Below, piece after piece: positions 41,501 to 53,570 of a DNA stretch of 64,000 bases (the first letter of the stretch is position 1; every line of letters begins with the position of its first letter). The notes beneath the pieces were generated by a model, which had not been told where the DNA came from, ran no database searches, and saw nothing but the letters and a program-made list of their open reading frames with translations. The stretch is from Enoplolaimus lenunculus (lineage: Eukaryota), in the NCBI GenBank assembly GCA_030248215.1, contig JASANG010003910.1, forward strand, positions 248,001 to 312,000. Direction: 5' to 3'. The position numbers were made by a program, and so were the translations under genes.

Positions 41501-42279
41501 AGTTTCGCTTTTAAACCATTGCAAATTGATACATGTCAGTCATATAAATTATTTTGAATGGGTCTAGTACGTTGATCTGGCCACGGGCCATTAGGCAATA
41601 TAGCATATTGAATGCGCTGTATTGAAGAATATCCTGTGCAAAATAAGGAACTTGCATCAGAGGCGCACGCCAGGGCATGGCGAGAAGGTATGTCACACCC
41701 CCTCAAACTCTGAAAATTAGGAAACACTAGAAAACTCAATTGGTCCTGTTTGGGAGCATTTTTGAGAGCCCAATTTTGATAATGCGGATCGTGAAATGGG
41801 CCGTTACAGTCTTATTTTCTATCGCGAGTTTGCACTAAAAAGCTTGGATTTAGAATTTTTTTGCACATTTGAGCTACTCATTACCTTAGTTGATCCGACG
41901 ACGCCAAAATGTTAATTTCTAAAAAAAATTCTTTTTCTGAACGTACTATAAGGTTCCCCCCAAAGAACCGAAAAATTCTTTTGTCAAAAAGTTCTTTAAT
42001 TTATATACTTACAACAGATCTCAAAAACCGTATTTTTTCAAGATTAAAATTTTGTCCTGGAACGACACACGCGAGATTATGTGAAGCTCAAATATGCAAA
42101 ATTTTTTAAAATCGGTACATTTTGGACGAATGCCAGCTTGGGTGCGCAATAATCCAAATGATCGTCACAATTATTCACCTCGCGCTACACAACTATGTTG
42201 ATTTTATAGCATTAATTCAGCAGATTGCGAGCTATAACAAATATATTAGATCAAATACTAAACAGCAGCACAAGCCGTC

Positions 42280-45200
42280 ATGTTTGACCTAATCAAAATA
42301 TTAATGCTAACATATCAGGCTCAAATATATCAAATGTCAAGCAGCAATCCTGCCATACAGCATCAACTGTCCATTGAAAATTTAACAAACTTAGCCAAAG
42401 AATTTGACTTTCATTCAAACGATACAACGTCCAATAATTATATTCCTATAAAACCTTCATATGTCAACAACGTTCGTTATTCGCATTTTGTTAACGGTTC
42501 CAAATTGAACAGTTCAAGTAACAGCTCAGTGGTGGTGAAAGCTTTAGAATCGGTTATATTTGTAGAGTTGGCAACCGCTAATTCGACGCTGCCCAGGCTT
42601 GGTGCTGTGAAAATATTCGCAGTACTGCTCGGAGGCGCGCTGATTGTTTTCATTGTCGCTGGAAATAGCTTAATTATCGTTATATTTTATCGTGTTACAA
42701 AGTTACATTTGCTCACAAATTATTGGATTATCAGCTTATCAGTAACAGGTAAACCATGTATGGGCGTAGCGAAGTTTGTGGTTTTGGGAAGCACCACAGT
42801 TACTTACTTACAAGTATTTATGGTTTTTATATCTATTTGCCTTAGCTTTAGTTTGTTATTAGTGGAAATATATTTTTCAAAGCTATTGTGATAGGAATCT
42901 TGTCCTATTATCACCATGCGGCAACGCTCCTGTGAACACCGTGTAAAATGTGTAGAGTTAATGGACCAAGAAAGCAAATTTTGATGATTATATCGCAAGC
43001 TAGTCAGATTATTCAAGGCAATTGCTAAGGAGTTTCCATTGCAGCGTTAAACAGCGCAGCAATCAGCCTCAGGGGCGTACGGAGAGGCGAGGGGGGCATT
43101 GGGCGCGTGTTCAAAGGTAGACATCAAAGTCATATTCCTCAACCGGACCAGCTCAAAACTAAACTTAGTAACAAAAATTGTGCAAAGCTTCACAATTGCA
43201 TAATCTTTTGAGACCCCGCGCTTCATGAATAAAGAAATGTTTTGAGACTGTTACAAAGGGATATAATACTAAAACAATGTATAGGTCCTCGCTCGGTAAA
43301 AGAGTACTCTGAAATTGGTCTCGGAACTAACTAGGGAATTGTGACTAGCCGCCTAAATGAAAACAAAAATGTGCCATTCGTACTGCTAAAGGATTTTAAG
43401 TTTGCTTTTATGCGGAAACCAAAGGCACGGGCCTGACAGAATGCGCCCCCCCCCATCAAAGTTTCTCGGTACGCCACTGATCAGCCTATAAACCAAATAG
43501 GAAGCCGAGATTGATCTATGAATGCACTACCAAATCTGATTGGTTGTTGCAATGAGTCATATTGTACAGTTACGTCTTTGGACCGTCAGTTTAGCAGCAG
43601 TCTTGTCACAGGCCCGTAGCTAGCTTTCCTTGCTAGGGGGGGTAAAAATTTTCAGGAGGAGCATTCACGTGTTTTAATGAGTTAGAAGCAAGGTGAAAAT
43701 TTTCTAGGGGGGGGGCAAAATTTTTCCAGGTGAGGCTCAACCCGTCTTGTCAGTGCAAATTGAGATCAAACGGTATTTCGCAATAAAAGCCCTCAAAACC
43801 GTTGAGGCAAATGAAAACAGCAAATGACTCACTGGCGGGGGGGCACGCAGAAGCAGCTATAACCAGCACACAATAAAAGTTTTGTCTAATATGATTTAGA
43901 ACTCAAATTGCAGTTGCTTCTCATTCGCTTTGCTCGACAGTGTCTTCACCATTATGTACTGTGCGATCCGCCATCAGTAACTTTTGCATCAACCACTGGT
44001 AGGATCTTTTGTTTCAGATGTTATGTTGGGGCTGATTGTGATGCCCATTCAGTTGGCGACCGGTGTTACCGAAAATGTTTGGTACTTCGGCCCTGCGATG
44101 TGTGACTTGTTTATTTCGCTTGACATTCTATGCTGCACATGTTCAATATATCACCTGGTTGTTATCAGGTATTGTGTGTTCAAAATATTGGCTTATGTAA
44201 AGATCAATTTTAGGTTAAGTATTGCAAAACTACACACTAAAAAATCGCTTTGAAATTTCAAGACCTTACGTTTTTAAATTTTCAAGACTAAAATGTCTGT
44301 GATCTCAGACGCTAATAGCCTCATAAATCACCGAAATTCGTGTCTGAAATGGTTAAAACATAAATGTGTTATGTACAAGAATTTACTACTGCCAATTTAT
44401 AAGACAAATTTCTTTTTTTCAAGAAATAGTTGTCTAATGTTTAAGAATTAATTTTCTGATTCGATTTTTTAAGTGTGTGAAAACGAGTTGCTTTGTTTAG
44501 ATTATTAAAAGTGTACAAAAGTAATCGGATTTTAGCGGTGACTCGGATTGGGCTTGGCTCCCTCAACCTAAGTTCACGTGAGGACATTTCTCAGGTTGTA
44601 AATTCATTGAACTTGGCTAAGCGTTAGCTCCATATTTTGGAGTCCATTTTCCAGGCGAATCTTTCTTTCTAATACTCGTATGTCTGAAATATCAGTAAAA
44701 CTAGCCTTTATATTTAAAAGATTTATGCTGTATTTCGGAAATTTTGATTTAATTGTTTATGAAACAAAGTCTTAAATTTCAAATACTATATGAAACTTTC
44801 CAACGCAAAACATAGAAAATATGTAAGAAAAGTATCAGTTAATTATTATCTTCGGCTTTTGTACACCTTCCCTCACAGACTTTAAGCTAAGGTTTATTCT
44901 TAGGTTTCTGAAAAGGTTTAAGTAGCTAAACTAAACCTTCTGCAAAACCTTAACCTAAGCGTAATCCTTAACCTCATATATAGGAATAAATACACTAAAA
45001 CCTAAGTCCGTATTGTCAAATGTGTGTAGCACCTATTATCAGTTTGTGACAGTCCTTGTAACCTTCGAACCAGGGAATGGTGAGGTTTGAAAACAGCATA
45101 TTTATTACTTTCGATTTTCTCTGCTACTGTGCAAATTTTGAGATGCGCAATCGCAGCAGTTTGTTAATTTGAACACCTACCACTAACTGGTGATAGGTGC

Positions 45201-48200
45201 TATATGCATTTAGACAATGGGCTCTTGTCTTCTTCAGCATTGACCGCTACTGTTGTATTGCGTTTCCACTGCGATATCCACAGAAGCGAACAAAACCGCG
45301 TATTCTAATCGCAATCGCCGGGATTTGGTCATGGTGCATATTTTTGAGTCTTCTGCGAGTCATTGGTTGGAACGATTTAAGTAATCAGGTAACAAAATAA
45401 GTCAACTTTGTTTTATTTTAACCTTATTTTTCATTTTGATTGACAAAATGGGCTATTGTCACTTTTAAAGGGGAAACAGTAGCCCAAAGCGTATTCCTAC
45501 CCTGGAAAAACCTAAACTTAAATTATAGCTGAACTAAACTTGAATCTGAGTTTAAAGCAAAGCTTAAATGACTGATCGGACTAATAAAACTAGAATTTTA
45601 GGTTTAATTAACTGACATATTTTTAAGTTTAGGGCGAGTTTAAGCTAAACTTATTTTTGGTTCAAAGTATAGTGTTGCTTGGAAACTATGTAGTACTTAG
45701 AATTCATTAAGCTTTGATTAAACCAAAAATGTCAGATGGTAACCTACCAGTTAGTTCAATTAGTTTATAAAGTTAGTTTAATATACTGCTAAACCATCTT
45801 GAACATGAATCAAGTTAGTTTAATGTTTTAGAGAGTAAGCCTATATAGTCAACTTAAAGGTAACTGTAAAACCATTCTAAGATGTCTATCCTAAGCCTGA
45901 AAAAATTAGCATTTCTAAACAATTTTCGCACTTCGCGCGAAGTTTGTACACGCCCGTGGCCAGCTAACCGCGCAAGGAGGGGGCTGAAAATGTTTTAGGA
46001 GAGGCATTTAAGGTTTAAGTTGACTTCCAAGCAAGATTGATAAATTTTCTAGTGTGGCCAATATTTTGCCATGTCGTTTAAACATTGAGTAAGTTCCGCG
46101 GCTACCGCGCCCTTACCGCCTAGGATAGCGGTTTATGAGGGCCCCCGGGTAACTCCGATCCGCAATACTAGTTGCAACAAAATTTGTGCCTTCGCCGCGT
46201 TTTAAGTTAAGCATCGCGTTGTTTCCGCATTTTTTCGAAATTACATATAGCGGCCCTGCGTGCTTGCACGCTGTCTTTCAATCAGCTGCTCGATCCAGAT
46301 TATATCTTTACAGAGGCGTTCCATTTTTCCGACTGACATGGAAGCCTCGGATACCTTTGTCGAGGTGTTACTGCACAGATTCAGATGTAAGGTCTAACCT
46401 TTTGCAACTTTTGCTGAGATTGTTATTTTCGGGACCGTCTCTCCAAGGGAAGAGCTCCCACCGCTGCCTGATCTGCCACTGGTTTTAACTCTAATTTCAT
46501 CTTAAGCCTCAGCGTAGCCTACCGTAATTCAAGTCCCTCAATTTTCCTATGTTCTAGTGCGCAGGCCCCCATATTTACCAAGGGCTAGTTTACAGTCGAT
46601 TTAGCTACGAAACCACATATGTAAGTTTCTGATCGAAAAATCCATTTCTATCACCATATGACAAGTCTAATTAATTTGTAAAACACAAGTATATATATTG
46701 CATATTTTATCATACACTGTAAAAGTGGTGAGTCAAATTGACTCTCTGTCAAATAGGCTTTTCCTGACTACAGAAACTGAGTCAGAATTCGACTTCGTCA
46801 GAGCCAAATTCGACTCACTGAGCGACTCAATGAATCGAATTTGACTCTGGTGGAGTCGAATTTGACCCCGTTTGTGTAGTCAGGAAAAATCTATTTCGGA
46901 GAGAGTCAATTTGACTCATCATTTTTTGCAGTGTATCATCCCTAGGTACACCGCTATATCTAATAAGAGAAAACTGAAAGTATTCAAAACAATTTTTTAT
47001 TATAGTAAAAAGGGTTTCAGGCATATACTTGTGAAATGAACGACACTTCATACATCGTATTTTCATCAGTTGTGTCATTCTATGCTCCGCTCACTGTTAT
47101 AATTACAACGTACTCGTTAATCTATCGAGCAACACAAGATCGTGTTAAAGTTGCATCACGATTATTCATTGCACGAAAAGTTGCTGGAATTAAGGTAAGC
47201 TACAATTTTTCAGCAAGGTTCAAGGTATTTTATACATTTTCTAACTCACATTTCCAATGTTAACGCTTAGATATATAACAAGGAAACATGGTGTATAGAG
47301 TGCCAACTTTGGAAGGTCTATACACTGCCATCTCTTTTATTTAATATCCTTGTGCTGCAGAACAGACCTAAAGTTCTTGCTTGGATATTGCCAAAAACGA
47401 ATAAAATTTTCTATAATAACTGCGAAGCCCTATTTTGTTGAGAAACCGTCGCCTTGAAAACTTTCCCCCGTAAAACCGCATGTTTCTTGCATCTAGGAAG
47501 CGACTTCTTGTGTCAGCACACTATTTAATAGCTAGCATACGGTTTTTTGCATGTTATTCTTAGGACATGTGCGAAAAAAGGCAGGGCATTTAGGGAGTGT
47601 TTTTTGCGGGCCAAAATTGGAGTTGACGTAAAAAAATATCAATTTCCCGCTTCGCTTAACTTTGCATATTTTAGCTAAAATTGAATTTTCCCTCAAAAAT
47701 TTGAATTTCGTGCCAACATTTGAATTCCCCGCCGAAATTGTATTATAGCTAGTTAAATTTTGGACGTTATTTTAAGAGAGTGCTCGTAAATAAATAGCTA
47801 TTAAAATGGTGGGACATTTTTTACATTGGCGCGGCGAGCGCAGTATAACATGGATGATAGTTGACTATGAGCACTCAGCGGCAGCGCCATGTGTTTAAGT
47901 GAATTGATGCGCAATACACTGTGCATAACTATTACTACGCGTAAACGCATCATATACAAAATCTCCAGAAGACGAGAGATATCTCTCGGGTCGAGCGTCA
48001 AACTTCTATATATAGCTAAACTCTTGATGGTTAAAACGTTTCCCAATCAAGTATCCGTGGTTCGAATCCTAGCTGGAAATTAGATTTCAGATAAAATAGA
48101 AAATATACGTTCACGTAGGAAAAGGTTCACTTTTAGGAAAATGTGTCTCGTCTATCACGCCGAATTTCAAGGCCGACTAGTGTCTCGTGCCATGTGTATC

Positions 48201-51200
48201 AAAAACGCACCGCGGCAGCGCATCCAACGCAATCCACCGGTTCCAGAGCTGACGAACCCGACGGTACTTCAAACGCAGTACATCATTCAAGCCAGCCGAA
48301 GCCAAAACAAAGCTCTTGCCGTGGCAGTATATATCGTCCACAACCAGTGAATATACATCAAACTTGTGCCCGCAAAGGCACATGGCCTAAATCGACTTGT
48401 GAACGAAAAATTGCTCAACAAATTCACGCTGCCGCTCAGAACAGCTCGAGCCCGAAAACCAAAATCGCGTTAACTCAAAACAATCACGAAGTGATTACAA
48501 TTGTGACCGAAAATGGTAACGTGAAGAATATACCGAGCAGTAGTTGCTCGCCGAGTTCTAGCAGTGACTCGGATACCCCTGTTAATGGACCGTTTAGTAC
48601 GCTAAAAATACAGGCTGACCATCCAATCGTCCACAACTATCTGAAGGCTTCTCGAGCAAATGGTGAGGTAACGCAAACGAGTCAGCGAAACATTACACCA
48701 CCACCACCATCGGCAAATGATTTTCATGGTTTCGTAAGAAGTTCGTTGACCGAAGAAATAATGAGGCTCTCGACAACACCTAAACTGTTCTCGTTCGAAA
48801 CTCAACAACTGATCCGATCCAAATACAACGTTGAATTGCGTCCAGATTTGTCCAAGAATTTCAACGCTGATCGCTCGAGTCTTTTCGCTAGTAATTTAAG
48901 CATGAAAATTTTCTTCAATTTTAAAACTTTGGAAAAGTTTGCTGTCTAAGCTGGAACCTAAGCATCAGCTTCCCTTTAAATCTAACCGTAAATCTAATCA
49001 TGAGTATAATCCTGATACTGCGTCTAACAATAAAATACTCCGTCTCGAGTTCCTTTTCTTTCAGTGGGTGGGGGGGCGCTACAATTAACAAAGTCTGATT
49101 TACTTAAGGTATAATTTGAAAAAACTTGAACTTTAAATGTAGATGCCTTGACTTTAGGGTTGGTTTCACTATTTGCTGCTGTTGCAATAATTGACATATG
49201 CGCTTTAAAGAATTCAAATTTCTAGGTTGCTTTTGAATGTAGGTTGAAACGCTAGAGTGCAATTAACTGCTGCAGGTGTTCTTTTCACTTTCAGTGCATC
49301 AAACAAAATCTATTCACATTTCAGCAGTTTTTTGCGCTGCACTGCACAACAATTTGCGTATGGGATGCCCCAATTGCTGTCGAACTGTGATAAATTGGTG
49401 TTTCGGTCACGACATGTACAATGTTTGCTTTCAGACTGCAGTCCAAATTTAAGCATTTTTCGATTTCAGGTCGCTACAGTCCTACAATGACGCGTGAATC
49501 ACGTGACATCACGCTGGCGATGTCATCGTTTGACGTACAATTGACCAATCATCGTCAAGGTTCTGTTCGACGGCCAATGCCGCAAGCAGCAAACAGTCAA
49601 CAAACGATGGTAACGCCGCAGAGATATAGAAAAGCATGCATAGGACGATATAGCAAACCTGATCAACGGCAGCGTAACGTTATTGCGAAAATGGGTCGGA
49701 TTTGGTCTCCAATTCAGGTAAGTATACAACACGCGGGATATAAGGTTTTTCTTAGAATAAATAGTCGTATTCCTGCAAATGCTGGGTTCTATTGTCCCGT
49801 TAGCATCATCTTCCAGCAAGCATTGCATCTATGCAGTTTGCGAAATATTGACAACATACTGTAAAAATTGGCCAGTGCAATAATGGACACGTGCAATCCA
49901 ACTCATTGCGTTAATCCATATTCTTAGTGCGGCATAAAGTAATACACGTTTACTGTATCAAAGTTTTCTGATCTTTCGTGTATATTACCAGTAAATCACC
50001 AGTTTTAGATATGAATGCGGACCCGTAGCCAAGGGGGAAGCCAGGGGGGCTCAGCCCTCTTGGAAAATTTTGAGCCCCCTAGAAACCTTTCAACCTTGCT
50101 TGTAACCCATTGAAAACCATTTAATGCCCCTCCTGAAAAATTTTTTAGCCCCCCTCTAGCAAGGTGAGCTAGCTACGGGCCTGTACGAATGGAGGCGGAT
50201 GGAGAAAAGATCACGGAGTGGTTGTAGTCGGCCACTGGTCAAAAATGTTCTCAAAAAAATGGTCAGGCCCCTGCTACCTTGCAATTTTTTTTAGTTTTGT
50301 GCAAGTTAAGTTGAGTTCTTTTTCTCATTCATTTCGTTTGCAATGTTTCTCTCTGTTCGCTGCTTGCTATTGACCATAGCAAGAGTGCATGATACAAGAG
50401 TGTGCAACTATTTAGCTTCTACATGGTGCAGAATGCACCACCGGGCGTTTCGTTTTTGCCGACCCCCCCCCTTGTTTGTAGGGGGTCGATGTCACTTGTA
50501 ATAACCTTAAATTAAATTATAAGCGGAGCTATTTGTTGCCGCATACATAAAGTGTCATGGTTCGCATAGGTTGTACCCTCCTCTAAGTAAAGGCGGTAGG
50601 CCGAAAACGCAACGAGTGCCGGGTACATTCTTTTCTACACAGAATGTACGCTTGCATACTCTTGTTAGTATGCATCATCCACTCTTGACCATACTGACAG
50701 AAAATTGTGAGAGCAAAGATGGCAATAGTTAGAGGAGGGGGTGGTAAAAGCCAAAAACCACCTGTGGTTTTTGGTTCTGACGGCTTACGGTGGCACCGTA
50801 GTTTTGATGACGTCCGTTACTGTCCGTCACCGTCCGGCACCTTCCATTGCGGTATTGTACGCGAAATACCCACGTACGATACCGTATGGTGACGTACGGT
50901 GACGGTCGACGCCATCGAACGGCGCTGCGCGACCAGAATAGTGCCACCCTTATTTTGTACGCTCATGTAAACTTGAAAACTTTCAAGAGTCCGCATCCAA
51001 TTCGTGCGTCATCGGTTCGATCACCAGCCGCTGAAACCGGTGTTAGCCGTCTCGAAAAGCATCGTCAACGACAAGAACGCAAAGCTGGCAAAGTGATCCT
51101 GATCGTTATCGCAAGTTTTTGCATCTGTTGGACGCCGTTTTTCATCGCGAACGTCGTCCGGCCGTTGTGCACATCGGACTGTATCGGCGGAACAACGTGG

Positions 51201-51317
51201 GTGATTGTAATGTGGCTCGGATACGCCAATTCTGCGTTGAATCCGATCATTTACACTGCGTTTAATCGCGTTTTTCGCGCTGCGATTAAGCGTACGTTTA
51301 ATTGCAGCAGTATTTAG
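42280..51317 (+). CDS. Biogenic amine class A GPCR (dopamine/octopamine/tyramine-type), 7 exons, ~758 aa
   Basis: Exons 42280-42748, 44018-44168, 45238-45388, 47021-47194, 48137-48890, 49470-49717, 50988-51317 sum to 2277 nt in one frame. Motifs: TM1 GN, TM2 SLSVTD..P, TM3 CDLFISLDILCCTCSI (D3.32) followed by DRY, TM5 FSSVVSFYAP, TM6 CWTPFF, TM7 WLGYANSALNPIIY. The start codon (42280 or 42334) and the exon 5 donor and exon 7 acceptor are less certain. Confidence 0.92.
43070..43479. mobile_element. hAT-type MITE in GPCR intron 1
   Basis: CAGGGGCGTAC...GTACGCCACTG; perfect TSD ATCAGCCT. Confidence 0.8.
45006..45223. mobile_element. MITE with ~35-bp TIRs (CAAATGTGTGTAGCACCTAT core)
   Basis: Inverted ends; a second copy lies at ~40542-40762. 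Confidence 0.6.
46715..46933. mobile_element. TA-flanked Tc1/mariner-type MITE (CACTG TIR, GAGTCAAATT subrepeats)
   Basis: TA|CACTGTAAAA...TTTTGCAGTG|TA; related copies at ~39123-39320 and ~32302-32395. Confidence 0.75.
50018..50183. mobile_element. Short hAT-type MITE in GPCR intron 6
   Basis: CGGACCCGTAGC...GCTACGGGCCTG; TSD TATGAATG/TACGAATG. Confidence 0.7.
50380..50687. mobile_element. MITE with CAAGAGTG TIRs and 7-bp TSD (P-element-like)
   Basis: CAAGAGTG...CACTCTTG; flanks ACCATAG/ACCATAC; a fragment also lies near 58720-58830. Confidence 0.65.
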
Positions 51318-51518
51318 GTGTATTTGACACGGGCGGATTAATGATTTTTTTAATGATGATGGACTTTGGGTATAGTTTGAAAACATTCAGTTGGAACTGT
51401 ATAAAAAATTGTAACTAAACCCTGCGTAATGCCGTCCACAGAAATAACTATGACTTGTCACCCTCCTGTGTTCATAATTAACTTATGCATAAAACCAGTC
51501 GTAGTGGGACTACATTTA

Positions 51519-52600
51519 TTGAGCGAAGCTCGAACACACGTAAGCAATTAAGGTAATACGCAAATTAGTTATTAGCTAACTAATCATTTATCGGTTTTGG
51601 AGGTTTGTAAGCAAATTCCTCAGATTCCTCGCACGCAAAAACCTTTCAGCCACCCTAATAATTATTGGAATAATTCAAAAAGTCCTAATTTTGTCTCGTC
51701 AATTAAGCAAACATGCAAATTATCTATTAGCTAAGTATTCGATAATCGGTTTTGGAGGTTTGTAAACATTTTATTCAGATTCCTCGCACCCGAAATTAGT
51801 GTTGAAATTATATTGCTTTTAACCTTAAAAATTATTGAAATCATTTAAAAAGTCCTAATTTTGTCTTGTCATTAAGCTAATATGCAAATTAGCTATTAGC
51901 TAACTATTCAATTATCGGTTTTGGAGGTTTGTAACCATTTTATTCAGATTCCTCGCACCCAAAAACTTTCAGTAAACCCTAATAATTATTGAAATAATTT
52001 AAAAAGTCCTAGTTTTGTCTTGTCAATTAAGCTAATATGCAAATTAGCTATTAGCTAACTATTCAATTATCGGTTTTGGATGTTTGTAAACTATTTATTT
52101 AAATTCCTCGCACATAAAAACCCTTTAGGGCTGAAATTATATTGCTTTTAACCTTAATAATTAGTGAAAAATTGTAAAAAGTCGTAATTTAGGCTTATAA
52201 ACTATGCTAATATGCAAATTACCTATTAGCTAACTGCTCAATTATTGATTTTGGAGGTATGTAAACAGTCTACGCAGATTTCTCGAACCCAAAAACCCTG
52301 CAATGCTAAAATTACATTGCTTCTAACTGTAATAATTAGTGAAATATTGTGGAAAGTCCTAATTTAGGCATAATTAATTATGCAAATTAGCCTGTAGCTA
52401 ATAACGGCATAAAATTTTAAAACCCCAATGCGAGGTTAACACCCCAGGATAATTGGCTTTCAAACAAAAAAGTTTATCAAAATCGGTTCAGCTGTTCCTG
52501 AGATTCTTTTCGGACAGACAGACGGACGGACAGACATCCACCTTTCGACCCCCAAGTACAAAACATAAAACGCTTCGCGAAACTCCGAGCTTCGCTCAAT
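51519..52600. mobile_element. Helentron/HINE-like non-autonomous element with internal 155-175-bp tandem repeats
   Basis: Short inverted ends TTGAGCGAAGCTCG / CGAGCTTCGCTCAA in T/A-rich flanks, ~6 internal tandem units and a GACA/GACG microsatellite near 52513. An inverted partial copy lies at ~6388-6912. Confidence 0.6.
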
Positions 52601-53373
52601 TAGTAAAATTATGAATAATATTATAAAACAAACGAAAGAAAGTATAAAACGAACCGCGAGATTGCCAATATTTGTCTGCAGATTGTTTAAAGTGAAATAG
52701 TACCCCTCTGCTCATGGACCAAATCGACAATGTTCCCCTCAACTGTTATACATTATAGTGAAACCGTCCTCTAGGATTTCCGTTGTTTCTATAACGGAAA
52801 CAAGCGGAAACGGATATCGGGTTACATCCTGGCTGCAACCCTCCCCCCCCCCCGAGAATGTAAAAGCTGTCCCTTCTACTTACACCACATTCGCACTATA
52901 TATTATATATGTCGTGCCCTAAACAGATATTTTCCCCAGTTCGGATCAGCCCAAACAACATGTATAATGCAAACTACATTCGATTGGAGGATTGCACAGG
53001 CCAAACGGCTGCTGGAATAATGCAAACTGTTTGCGATTGGTTGTTCCTGCTTCCCAGCTGGGGGCTGGGATGTTCCAAACGACAAATGCCGTTCGGATTA
53101 GCCCAATTTTCGAATATAGCCGTGCCTGAACAACCAATCAAAATCAGTTTGCATTCCAGTAGTTGCTTGGGCTGCCTCGAACAGCAATGGTCGTTTTGGA
53201 ACGTCCCAGTAGCCAACTGGGGCAAATAGCTGTTTGGGGCACGACATAATACATACATTTGGCTGTGAATATGTAAACAGGAGTGCATTACTCCGGCAAA
53301 TAGCATTTTGGCAGGGTACAACGGGAGGTGAAAAATAGCGGAGCCGGAGGTCAAAGGTGAGGCGAATTTAGGT

Positions 53374-53570
53374 GGATCATGTATAAAACAGAGTCGGAAC
53401 GTTTTTCTGCGGGGTTGTAATAGTCAGCTTATAGCTTTAGACTAACTTTTTTGCTTAGACTTTGACTTAGGCATAGGCTTAGGAATAGGCTCATCCTTGT
53501 TGGACGCTTATAGGCTTAGGCTTAGGAATATGCTTATACTACTGTTCCGGCCCTGTTCCATACATTGACC
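53374..53570. mobile_element. TTAGGC-MITE copy nested in a hAT MITE (53312-54024)
   Basis: Degenerate TIRs; TSD ATTTAGGT/ACTTAGGT; the host CAGGGTAC-family sequence continues on both sides. Confidence 0.7.
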
